Position numbers and translations under genes: made by a program
Assembly (NCBI GenBank): GCA_965112155.1
Contig: OZ218106.1
From: Podarcis liolepis
Lineage: Eukaryota
Direction: 5' to 3' (one strand)
Length of the DNA: 64,000 nucleotides
The notes under the pieces: model-generated
Seen by the model: the letters and a program-made list of their open reading frames with translations, nothing else
Database searches by the model: none
Told to the model about the DNA's origin: nothing
Part shown: one piece after another, positions 1 through 10,531 of the stretch
Layout: the number at the start of each line of letters is the position of its first letter
Position numbering within the stretch: position 1 is the stretch's first letter

Positions 1-605
1 GATGGAAATGAACGAGTGCACTGAAAAAGGTTGAGAAAGTATGATGAATTACTCATTCATTTTCATTAGAAGCAAATACTGCAAAACCTTTCACTGGAAA
101 ATAATGCAGGCTATCACAGAAATCATGGTAAGAAAATATGTGCAGCTGAAGTAAGTAAAAAGCTATTACAGAAACAGAGAAGACTGAAAAATGAATGTTC
201 TTCCTAGAAAGATAATCTGGATCTGTCAACTAAGTCATAGGAAAAGTGATTAATCTAGTCATATATTAAGTGTCTTTTTTGTTAAAGAATTGGGATGTTT
301 TCAATTGAGCATCCTTTCTCCAGCTTCATTGAACAAAATAAAAACTTTGTGCAATGCACAATAGTTGGGCTGCTTAATTTTAAAAGCTGCCTCTGTTCAG
401 TACATTGTTAATGCAATCCCTAATTAACTGAGAAAATGGGTCAACAAGCTGGTAAATATTTAAAGAACTATCAGATTTCATTTAAAAAGTTTGCTATGAT
501 GGCTTAGCAGTTTATGAATAAATTACAAATTCTTAAGTCCTCCCGCACTATTTCTGTCTGTCTATGTTTAATAATACTAGATTGTTATAGCTTAGGATGT
601 TTTTT

Positions 606-607
<2 letters not shown>

Positions 608-637
<30 letters not shown>
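608..637. repeat. (CA)n microsatellite
   Basis: About 15 perfect AC units. Confidence 0.95.
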
Positions 638-641
<4 letters not shown>

Positions 642-949
642 GCCCAGTCCTATCTTCTGTAGAGAAAGTTAAATGTGCAACTTGAAGTGCACATAGATTA
701 ATTGATGGTATCGTAGTTTGTCTCTACTTGTCGTGGACAGCCATATTTTAGTAACCTGGCTGCCTCCCAGGACCATTTGGCGAGGTGAGTTTAGTAAACA
801 TGGAGCAAGATGGCAGTGCGAGGTTACACAAGTGATAAAATTTGCTCCCAGTCAACATATATATTTTTAACCCATTAACTGAGCATTTTTTGTTCCCTGT
901 TTTGTGTGAACTAAAAATAGATCAAATATGGGTTAAAGTTCAACCCCCA

Positions 950-1102
950 GATCATGGCACTGTCTGAAGGTGCCTGATGCAGCAACCTTGTTGAAGCTGA
1001 GCTGCTCAGGGTCTGATTCTGATCAGTGCCTGAAAACCCTATGGAGACCTCTTTAAGAGCCCCATGGCAGAAAGGCAGGATTATAAGCGTTTATTTATTT
1101 TA
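950..1102 (+). mobile_element. Degenerate 5S rRNA-derived SINE-like element
   Basis: ctgaaggtgcctgat...gaagctgagc...cagggtctg...tcagtgcctg...atggagacc follows the order of 5S rRNA motifs (CTGAACGCGCCCGAT...GAAGCTAAGCAGGGTCGGGCCTGGTTAGTACTTGGATGGGAGACC) and is followed by an AT-rich tail. Confidence 0.5.
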
Positions 1103-2881
1103 ATGAACTTAATTCAGTGGGTATGGGTAACCTTGACATCACAACCTCTAGTCCTCAGCTCTATGCCTCTAGGAAGAGAGCAAGATTGTATCTCACAGTG
1201 TTCCAAGGGTGAAGAAGACCAGTCATGGAGCACTTTGTAAATTAGTATTAGTAGTGAAGTTACTTACATACCTAAAAACAATTCTTGGTACCGTTTCTTT
1301 ATCACGCAGTAGCATGAACAAGCAGTGCAAACCAAGGTGTGATTATCCAAGGAAGGGTGGTATGGCTCTCCACAGTTCACGATGAGCTCTATAGGACAAA
1401 GACAATGGACTGCAGGCAGCAACATAGTTAAGAAGTGCAAAACCTTTTGTGCATCCCTTCCTATACTAGTGTCACGGGAACTGGACAGGAGCTGCATGGG
1501 GCTGCATGCCACTGGTGGGTGTGAATTTGGCCACCTCACACTCATCCCGCTCACACATGCACACAGCCGAGCTCCTCAAATGATCTGAGCAAATTGGTCG
1601 AGGAAAGGGATCATCACCCCCTCTCTGCTCATCACATGGTTGAGATGATGAATGGGAAGAGGCTGATTCACATCATCAGCCCAACTCTGCCCACACCAAA
1701 GCTGTGTCTGTGTTGGTGCTACTGTCACCAAAAGTATTAGGGCTGAGGGTCAGAAAAAAATTGCACGGGGGCCAGATTAGCCACTCCTGCCTGATATTGT
1801 GCCCTTTTCCTTTCTCCCATATAAATATCTGCCGTTGCTGCATATGGGAAGAATGACAATGTGGAGCTTGTGGATAATGTAGTTGCGAGGCAAACTGGGT
1901 CTTCTGCCTGGACCCTGTTTTCAGGGACACCACAGAGCACATGGAAATATGTTACCCTAGATTGTGTAGGCACTTCCATCACCCAATCGCTGTGGATCAT
2001 AATGAGGTTACAATTGGTATTTCATTAGGAAAGAATACCAAGCCATGAGCCTTGTAAGTCAAGTGAACTGTAAGGAGTAATGAAACACAAAGCCAAAAGT
2101 GAGCTCTGGAATAGAGGAGTGATAATTAAAATTAGCAATACTGATCAAATATAGCAATAGCAAATCAGTCACTGTATTAGCTAATTAAAGCACACATTAC
2201 CTTTTTAGTACCAAATGACACTGTCACACCTATGACCTTCACTGCCATTAGCATGAGTGCCTAATATTAACATACTGAGTGCTGGCCAAAAGCTTGACTA
2301 CATGAACTGAGCTTATTTTGACAGGGCATGAGCCCAGTGCCAATGTTAGAGCTTGGCAGAGGATGATGTTCGAGTTATTCTTGGCAGCTACTGAGTAGCA
2401 AGTAATTTATACTTCTAATGAATGATTCTAGAAGTAATGAAACCTCAACCATGCAAGACCCAAGTTCCAAGAAGCAGCTACTCAGATCCTGGGCACCTTA
2501 CAATGTATTCTGGTGGTCTCAAAATATCTATTGCTAAGAATAGCTTGAGGTGGCAGGGGACGACAATAACACTTTTATTTTGGACAAATGCAGTCTTTTG
2601 TGTGCACTCTGGTGTAGCTCTGTCGCAAATGAGAAGGCTGTGCTTTGCTGAGGGTATAGTGGTATTGCTAGGCATGAAAATATAGTTACAGAATTTATTA
2701 AATACAATGGCTTCTTTCCCACCCACCAGATTACTGCCTGAAAATAGGATTTTATTACTAGATTTACTAGTATTAAGAAAAACACCACTACCACTGCTCT
2801 GATATATTCACTCACTCACTCACTCACTCACATGACTTAGTATTGACCCAAACTGGGGAAGAGGTGATATTCCAAATTTTT

Positions 2882-2996
2882 ATAGAATCATAGAATTGTA
2901 GAGTTGGAAGGGACCTTGGGGGTTCTATAGTCCAACCCCTACAATATTGCCCACAGCTGTCTCTGGGTGGGCTCAAACCACAAACCTGGTTAACAG
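2882..2996 (-). mobile_element. Short element with CR1-type 3' tail (CR1 fragment or CR1-mobilised SINE)
   Basis: atagaatcatagaattgtagagttggaagggacc is the reverse complement of the CR1 3' end with its (ATTCTATG)n tail; compare 37040-37103. Confidence 0.7.
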
Positions 2997-3525
2997 TTGT
3001 TTTTGTGAAACATGATACTCTTATCAGCAACTGAGGTATGCAGTCCCACTTTCAGAGTGAAAACAGGAAGAGTTGCCCTAACTCTGATTTTACTTCAGTG
3101 TGCTGTCACACAGTCAAATCAATTGGTTTTGTGGTGCCATGGCATCATAATGCTGCCTATATGATCCCTGAGTGGCTGGAAGACATAATCAGAAAGTGGA
3201 GGAAACTCGCCCTCTGTTTTAAAATTTGCACCAAAAGTAAGAATGGTTGTGAATGGGTAAAATAGCATGGCACACCAAAAAAATCCTTGCCCACAAAAAA
3301 ATTGGCTCAGCCCTAATGCAACAACTCCTTCCCAATGGAGATAAAGATCTACAAAGGAAGCAAATCAAACCTATACAAAAGCTGAAATGCTCATAAGCAA
3401 GAGAGCAGAGGATGAGAAATCAGAGCAAAATAGGTATGGAGAAATCAAGACTTTGTAAGACAAGGCACTTGTTGGAAGGAGGAATTGGTTTAGGTCTGGG
3501 AGAAAAACATGCATATGTAAAGCAT

Positions 3526-3685
3526 AAAAAGGTAAAGGGACCCCTGACCGTTAGGTCCAGTCGCAGACGACTCTGGGGTTGCGGTGCTCACCTCGCTCTA
3601 TAGGCCGAGGGAGCCGGCGTTTGTCCACAGACAGATTCTGGGTCATTTGGCCAGCATGACTAAGCCGCTTCTGACGAACCAAAGC
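3526..3685 (-). mobile_element. Sauria SINE, 5'-truncated
   Basis: aaaggtaaagggacccctgacc...gactctggggttgcgg...ggccagcatgactaagccgcttctg; near-identical to the copies at 10132 and 55192. Confidence 0.9.
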
Positions 3686-5297
3686 GAGAAAGAAAAACTA
3701 CTGAAGAAATACTAGACAGGACAAGAAGACAGATGGGGGTGGGGGAAGAGTACAACTATTGCTTTTGTTTTTGGCAGCCATGAAGTGTTCATCTTTTTTC
3801 ATTCATCATGATGATATCTACAAGAACATGACTCTAATGCATGTTCAATCTTAGTAGTGGTGATAATTGCCCGCACAAGCTCTGTCACTAGATGGCTGCA
3901 GGAGCCTCAGCTCTTGACTTGAAAGTGGTGCTTTAAGATGCCTCAGAAAGGGAGCCCATTTACATCCATTCTGGCATCAACCTCATAGCTTGGCAGTCGG
4001 GGCTGGAATTTCTCCATGGCCCAAGGCAGCTTTCACAGTGCAATGTCCCGCTTTTACTTCCCTTATCCTCTGCTCACTCTGTTTACACAGCTTAACCGCA
4101 CGATGCTTTGGTAGGCCAACTGAATTTATGGCTAGATCACTTACTGTATGTAGATCAGCTGACTTCCTGAATGAGTCACATGATATTCCTGCAGTGCAGC
4201 AGTGTCATGGCAACTGTGATGCGCTGTTGGCAAATCCCAGTTTGGGCTTCCTGCATTTGTGGCAGCTCTTGAAACAGAATAGCTCACTAGTTCATCATCA
4301 TGACCAGATTGGAGTTTCTGCTTCTGCTTATTGGGATGGCTTCTTCCTCTGCTTATATTGCTGACTTATTTTTTCTAGTTTATAATCTCATTTCCTTGAG
4401 TTGCTCGGAAAGTATGTAACATGCAGAGTGCCATTACAGTATGTCCCTATCCTCTCCATCTGCTGTTTTTAATGGAACTTGATGATTATGATGATGATTT
4501 TGCTGTAGAGCTTAAAAACTAGTCAGAAAACAGGCTCCCAAGGTAGTGATCAACTAACAACTAATATGGTAGCAAGGAGGAGGACTTCTACTCCTCAGGT
4601 TAAGGTCAAAGATCCCAGATGGCCTCTCTGACTCCTGGAATTGCACTATCCATTACAGCTCTGCACTTGCTAATGTCAACACATAATTGATTCTTTACAA
4701 ACAGTTGCTACTTTACAGGCAAGTCAAAGATCAGAATCACTTTATTAATATGCGTTGATGTACATTAGATACTGGTGCATAAGGTGCTCAGGCATTCAGC
4801 TGCCAGTGTGGAGAGAAATGGTGATGTGACATGCTGGGGTTTATTACGGAAACATGAAGCTCAAGAAGGGAAAGGAAATTTCAGTCTGTTATATAAGCTA
4901 TCACAAAAAGCTTTCAATACTTCAGGCACAATCCCATTGTCCTTCTGAACCTCCCAGCCGTACACTGTTTATATGGGTTTTTTCTACTGCCAATACTCTC
5001 TCCCCATTGGCAGCCATCAACTGGTGTAAGCCATCTACAGGAATGGGCCTTTAGGTCTCCTTACTTTGGAGAAGTCCCATTGACCCAAATGGGATTAATC
5101 CAAGATAAAGACTTTGAACGAGTTAACCTTTGGATAGTACACCTAACTTATGTCATGACCCTGAGCAGTTCCTACCACTAAACCTTCATGACATTAACAT
5201 ACATCACAGAATTTTAGTTCTGAACAGTATTAGCATTGCTATGTTTTCCCACCACACTCATCTGAAGAAGGACCACATTCTAAAGCACTGGGAAAGG

Positions 5298-5555
5298 AAG
5301 AAGCAGAAGCAGAAGAAGCAGCTTTTGGATTTGATATCCCGCTTTATCACTGCCCTAAGGAGTCTCAAAGCGGCTAACATTCTCCTTTCCCTTCCTCCCC
5401 TACAACAAACACTCTGTGAGGTGAGTGGGGCTGAGAGACTTCAAAGAAGTGCGACTAGCCCAAGGTCACCCAGCAGCTGCATGTGGAGGAACGGGGAAGC
5501 GAACCCGGTTCACCAGATTACGAGTCTACCACTCTTAACCACTACACCACACTGG
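5298..5555 (-). mobile_element. tRNA-derived Squam3 (Squam3B-type) SINE, full length
   Basis: Minus strand begins ccagtgtggtgtagtggttaagag (A box), then gggttcgcttccc (B box) and a MIR/Ther1-like core (ggtgaccttgggctagtc), and ends in a (CTT)-rich tail. Confidence 0.85.
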
Positions 5556-5596
5556 TACCAACCTCAGGTTCCATCCTGCCCACCCACATCCAAGAA

Positions 5597-5733
5597 CAGG
5601 GATGGGAAAGCTGTAGCCCTCCAGCTGTTCTCAGCTCCAATGCCTATCAGCTCCAGCCAGCATGGCCAGTGGTCAAGGATGGCGGAAGTTGTAGTCCAGT
5701 AGCAAATAGAGTGTTTCCGATTCCCCATCTTTG
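5597..5733. mobile_element. Palindromic hAT-like MITE (family A)
   Basis: cagggatgggaa...ttccccatctttg terminal inverted repeats; internal sequence is shared with copies at 16211, 24845, 42036, 42402 and 50773. Confidence 0.7.
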
Positions 5734-6245
5734 TCCTTGACAGACTCCAGTGCTCTGGAGCAACTATCCAGCACCTTTGGAAGTAGCACAGGCCTCTTCC
5801 GTTTTGTTTTATATAGATCAGTCTCTGGAGATTGGGCAGAGAGAACAACTGGATCAAGGTGAAGCGGTGAATTTTGTGGCTGTATGGAAATGTGCACCTA
5901 GTACTACTTCCTGTTCCAAGTTCAACTGTATATCAACGAGATCAGCTTGGCTCCCCGGGGTGAGACATACTTACCAGCTTTGGATGATGACGATGATCCT
6001 ATGCAGGTGGTGGTGGTGGGAAGAAGGCACAGCCAGCACTACGCTCATTCAGTAACAACATAGGCCTCATTTGTGTGGTCGTTCTGTGCTCTGCCCCCAT
6101 TTCTGAGGAGAAAGGGTTGCACAAGTTGGGTTGGCACATGTTAAGATGCACATGCATACTGCTTGCCTCTCACAGTACCTTATACACATGTGTGTGAATA
6201 TGTGGACATGCCCTGCACCTCCTCAGTCATATTGTGAGTGGGAAA

Positions 6246-6348
6246 ATGCGCTTTTTTCCAGCTGAACTTCACTGGAACTCAGTTCTGGCACCTCTCAAGT
6301 GGACACCATTGCCATGATAAGAGACCGAGGGAGTTCTGGCACCTCTCA
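6246..6348. mobile_element. Fragment of a lizard interspersed repeat with an internal direct repeat
   Basis: agttctggcacctctca occurs at 6281 and 6333; the ggaactcagttc.ggcacctctc motif is one I recognise from lizard non-autonomous DNA elements. Confidence 0.5.
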
Positions 6349-6712
6349 GCCCAAGCTCTCAGTCTCTAACATTCACATGAGAGGTAGAAACTCCACAGGT
6401 GCAGCCTTTCTTATCGCTACATCATCCTGCCTAGGAAGCCTGCCTGCTATGCAGCCATTAAAGGCACAGAACCTCTTGTTAGGAAAGAAGAAATGTCAGT
6501 CCTCATGGTAAGGAAAACCAGCGCTACTCCCCGCACTGCCAACAACTGCAATTGCAAACAATAATTGACTAGTTACAACAGGAAATAACCCTGGTCAGGC
6601 TTAAGATCCCCTTAGCTCTGCAATAGAATTTTTGCTATTGGAAAACCAGGCTGATGATACTTTGTGACTGCCGTCCATGCTTTCCGCTTGTTTCGGCACT
6701 AGCCATTTCGTC

Positions 6713-6726
6713 CCACTAGAGGGCAC
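6713..6726 (+). promoter_or_regulatory. CTCF consensus motif
   Basis: CCACTAGAGGGCAC matches CCASYAGRKGGCRS at 14 of 14 positions. Confidence 0.55.
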
Positions 6727-6838
6727 CATTGCTAAATTTATTGTCTTATTCAGGCAAATTTTCAAGAAAACGATTGTTTCAGTTCAGTGCTTACACTCCT
6801 GTTTTTAAAATTCAGCCTTATTTGCATGCATAAAAGTA

Positions 6839-7068
6839 CAGTGGTGCCCCGCAAGACGAAATTAATTCGTTCCGCAATTTTTGCCGTCTAACGAATTTTT
6901 CTTCTTGCGAAGCACGGTTTAAACGGTTTAACAAAGTCGCAAGACGTTTTCGTCTTGCGAAGCAAGCCCATAGGGGAATTCGTCTTGCGAGGCAAATCGC
7001 GAATGAAAAAACCTTTCGTCTAGCGAGTTTTTTGTCTTGCGAGGCATTCGTCTTGCGGGGCACCACTG
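6839..7068. mobile_element. Tc1/mariner (Tigger/pogo-like) MITE, 230 bp
   Basis: Perfect 22-bp TIRs cagtggtgccccgcaagacgaa / ttcgtcttgcggggcaccactg flanked by TA duplications (6837-6838 and 7069-7070). Confidence 0.93.
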
Positions 7069-9084
7069 TATACAAAAGAATTTTCTCACCAATCTGCTTT
7101 TTTCACAGTATATCGTACTGGGGATAGCTGGGCTACTTGATACTCATATAATTTTTGGGTATAACATTTATAGTAACTTTCACAGCTTTTATGTATTTTA
7201 ATGTTTTCCATCAGAAATTTTAAAAGATGCCAATTTCAAAATTTTGTGCATCTACGGTGGAGAAAGTTAGCAAAATTTAGCAAATTTATTATGATCCTTT
7301 TGTATGACTGTTTCCAAAAGGCCATTTTTGTAATTTGAATCTTTACCCCGTCTCTGGGTAGAGCAGATCAAATAAAATTTAAAAGATCTTTTCTGTCCCA
7401 AACACGACAACACTACTGATGATTGTTGTTGGGTTTTTAAAAAAACAAATAAAAAAACACCCTTTCAAATAACTCAGAATAATCAACTGGTCTACTTACA
7501 ACTATGTTTTTTATCTGTTTATTTCTCCATGCTATTTTGTACTATTTCCAGCTAGGCTTAGTTATGCAAAGTCTCTTGTAACACAGAGAAAGCCCTTTGA
7601 TAAAACCGCAAAATCCTCTATGATTGCCTTCTCACCTCCAGTTAGTTCCTCCTTTATTGATGGTCTTCATCTACGTACGTAATGGACTGGTATTGATTCG
7701 CTCCTTTGGAAAGAGTCAGAATGGGCAAAAGCCATAGCCTTGGGGGCACACAGTTAAAACAAAAAAGTGGTACGATTTTGGGGAAGGGATCTATACACAC
7801 CTCTGGCCAATATGGTGCTAATATGGCTGGTGTGCAGCACTAATCCTTTGGACTCATTAAACAAGGATTTGCTGTGCTTGAAGCACATAGGCAGGTGTGG
7901 GGTTTTTTTAAGCCACTTATCTCCAAATTTCTGTTCTAGTACAGACTCCAGCAGTTTGTTCAATAATTAGCCTTACTGTATTGCCATATTAATTTATTTT
8001 AAATACACATATTTCTCCCCTTCCAACGCCCACACACCCACACCAGATGTTTCAAAATGGTGGCTTTAGGATACAAAGTGCAGCCAGACATCTGAAGTGA
8101 TTTTTACGCCTAGAGAAAAGAGTCAAAAGAAAAATGATTTGTGGGAAGAACAAAATATGACAGAATCAAATCATAAGGCATGTTCATTCTGGGAGGTTTG
8201 TTTTTTTTTAAAAAAGTATTTTGTTATAAAATACTTCTTTTGTTACTGATTTGTCAGATACATTTTGTTATTTGCTTGTTAGGCGTGCATCTGTCCTACA
8301 TTGTTTTCACATTTTTAGACAGCATTTGTGGCAGTGGTTTTGACAGCTGCTCTTAATGGCTGACATTCTACCCCCCCCCCAAATGCCCTAGACATTGTGT
8401 CACTCTGTGTGTGTGTTTTTTTAAAATCAGTTCAGTGGGGGGCTACCATTTTGCATGTGTGTGGTATCTTTAAAAAAAAAAAAAAATCACAATGTTCCAG
8501 AACAATACAACCTCTGGGAACTTCTATGAAAATAACATGGCAGACACCAGGAGGGCAACTAACCTAATCTCTGCTGCTGCTGGTGGAGTAAAATCGTAGG
8601 GTTCTCCCAATGCAAAGAAAAGGTGAGAAACAATACGTGTACCCAGTAGTTCCTTCTGGCACTTGTTTCAGAACAAGTATAAATTTAGTTCAATGCTTGG
8701 TCTAAAATGAATACCTAGCTCCTAAATCACCTGTACGTGTTTGCCACTGGGGGACTGTTACACTCAACGTGGTTAGTTACATGCATGTGAAGGGCCTATC
8801 ATGTACAAAGAATCAGAGATTTTCTAAGCCAAGCCTCCAAATCCTTCTCCTTGGTTAAGCAAGAAACATCAACACACCTGATTTTGAAGGAAACAGCCCA
8901 GCTTTAGAAAAACTCTTGAGGTGAATGCAGAGCCAGGCTGCTGAGGGACAGGCCATGGGGAGCATCCCAAATACCAGACAGAGTGGCCTAGAAGACTGCA
9001 TTTGGCCTGCAGGGTATGGGGAAAGGAGCGTAGAGAGTTGATTAAAAATGAATTGGAAGAATTGGTTTGCGGGTGATGATATTA

Positions 9085-9085
<1 letters not shown>

Positions 9086-9133
<48 letters not shown>

Positions 9134-9309
9134 ACCCCGCCCATCTGGCTGGGCTTCCCCAGCCACTTTGGGCGGCTTCCAACAAAATATTAAAATACAG
9201 TAATGCATCAAACATTAAAAGCTTCCCTAAACAGGGCTGCCTTCAGATGACTTCTAAAAGTCCGGCAGTTGTTCTCTTTGACATCTGGTGGGAAGGCGTT
9301 CCACAGGGC
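9086..9309 (-). mobile_element. LINE (L2-like) 3' end with (TAA)n tail
   Basis: (ATT)15 at 9086-9130 followed by accccgcccatctggctggg...gggcggcttccaac...ctgccttcagatg...ggcgttccacagggc, a typical lizard L2-type terminus. Confidence 0.75.
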
Positions 9310-10131
9310 TATTAATATTGAAGAATAAATTAATTTTAGAGAAATAATATTTTAAGGTATTTTTAGCACATCTTTCATCTTGAATGTGATCTCATGGCAG
9401 CATACAGTAAAATAGAATTTAAACCACAAATATCAACAGTCAGTCACATAAACAAACCATTCAGATGTAATCTGGATAAATTAATTGGCTTCCATTCTGT
9501 GAAATGGGGATTTTGTTCTGCTATATGCAGTCAAATATGCGGGTTAAATATGGGACCCAGACCCAACCTGTCTTGTAGTCAGTTTCTTGGACTTGTCCGT
9601 GTTACTTTTTTTCAAACCTCATCAGCTAGACTTGGGAAAAAACCCGCTTATTTTGTTGGGCTTTGTAAGGTTAAATATCTGGTTCAGGACTCAGTCTCAA
9701 CCTCTGCCTTGTACTTGGTTTGTTGGGCAAGTTACTTTTGCTTTGTGACTAGCCGGTTCTCTCCCCGCCCTGCCCCTTGCCTCAAGCAAGCCATTTTGGG
9801 CTGGCCATGTCTCCCCCCGGCAGCCATTTTAAGATAGTTTCTTAATTTTCCAGATGTGCTTACCACCAAGATCGGGGGGGGGGGGGCACCACATTTTTCA
9901 CAGACAAAAAATTGCAACTTTTCAACCACAAAACCAGATTCTGTGCCTACTCCTTATTGCAATTACGCAAATCACACAGGTTTACAGAATGTGGCATATT
10001 CAAATCCACTTTTGCAAGGACTCATACGCCCTCATCTGTTGGGAATCGTATTCAGTCACACCTCAGGCTTCTGAGATCCAACAAGCATTGCCTATACGGT
10101 GTCAAGTCTAGCTTTGCAGCCATAATGGCTA

Positions 10132-10531
10132 AAGGTAAAGGTAAAGGACTATTAGGTCCAGTCGTGACTGACTCTGGGGTTGCGGCGCTCATCTCGCTTT
10201 ATTGGCCGAGGGAGCCGGCGTACAGCTTCCAGGTCATGTGGCCAGCATGACTAAGCCACTTCTGGTGAACCAGAGCAGCGCACGGAAATGCCGTTTACCT
10301 TCCTGCCGGAGCAGTACCTATTTATCTACTTGCACTTTGATGGGCAGGATCATTTATCTACTTGCACTTTGATGGGCAGGATCATTTATCTACTTGCACT
10401 TTGATGGCAGGTTGAAAGGAGCTGGGACCGAGCAACGGGAGCTCACCCCATTGCAAGGATTCAAACCGCCGACCTTCTGATTGGCAAGTCCTAGGCTCTG
10501 TGGTTTAACCCACAGCGCCACCCGCATCCCT
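10132..10531 (-). mobile_element. Sauria SINE, full length, with internal 32-bp triplication
   Basis: tRNA-like head at the right end and (ACCTTT)n tail at the left; 14-bp TSD agccataatggcta at 10118-10131 and 10532-10545. Confidence 0.95.

Noticed and set aside
3090-3145. AVTQSNQLVLW and, at about 4583, GLLL.QVKVKD as additional reeler-domain fragments
   Set aside because: They are out of order relative to each other and to the colinear series from 5130 onward, so they were treated as chance matches. They show how noisy by-eye matching is for the REELD1 hypothesis.
5130-5702. 190-aa ORF as an intact gene
   Set aside because: Most of it is read-through of an antisense Squam3 SINE and a MITE; only the first 27 or so codons are of interest, as a possible pseudo-exon.
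8855-9211. ORF with a poly-Asn tract
   Set aside because: It is the translation of the (TAA)n tail of a LINE 3' end.
10320-10411. 32-bp direct repeats resembling a CRISPR array
   Set aside because: The repeats are head-to-tail with no spacers, inside a SINE, in a vertebrate genome with no cas genes.
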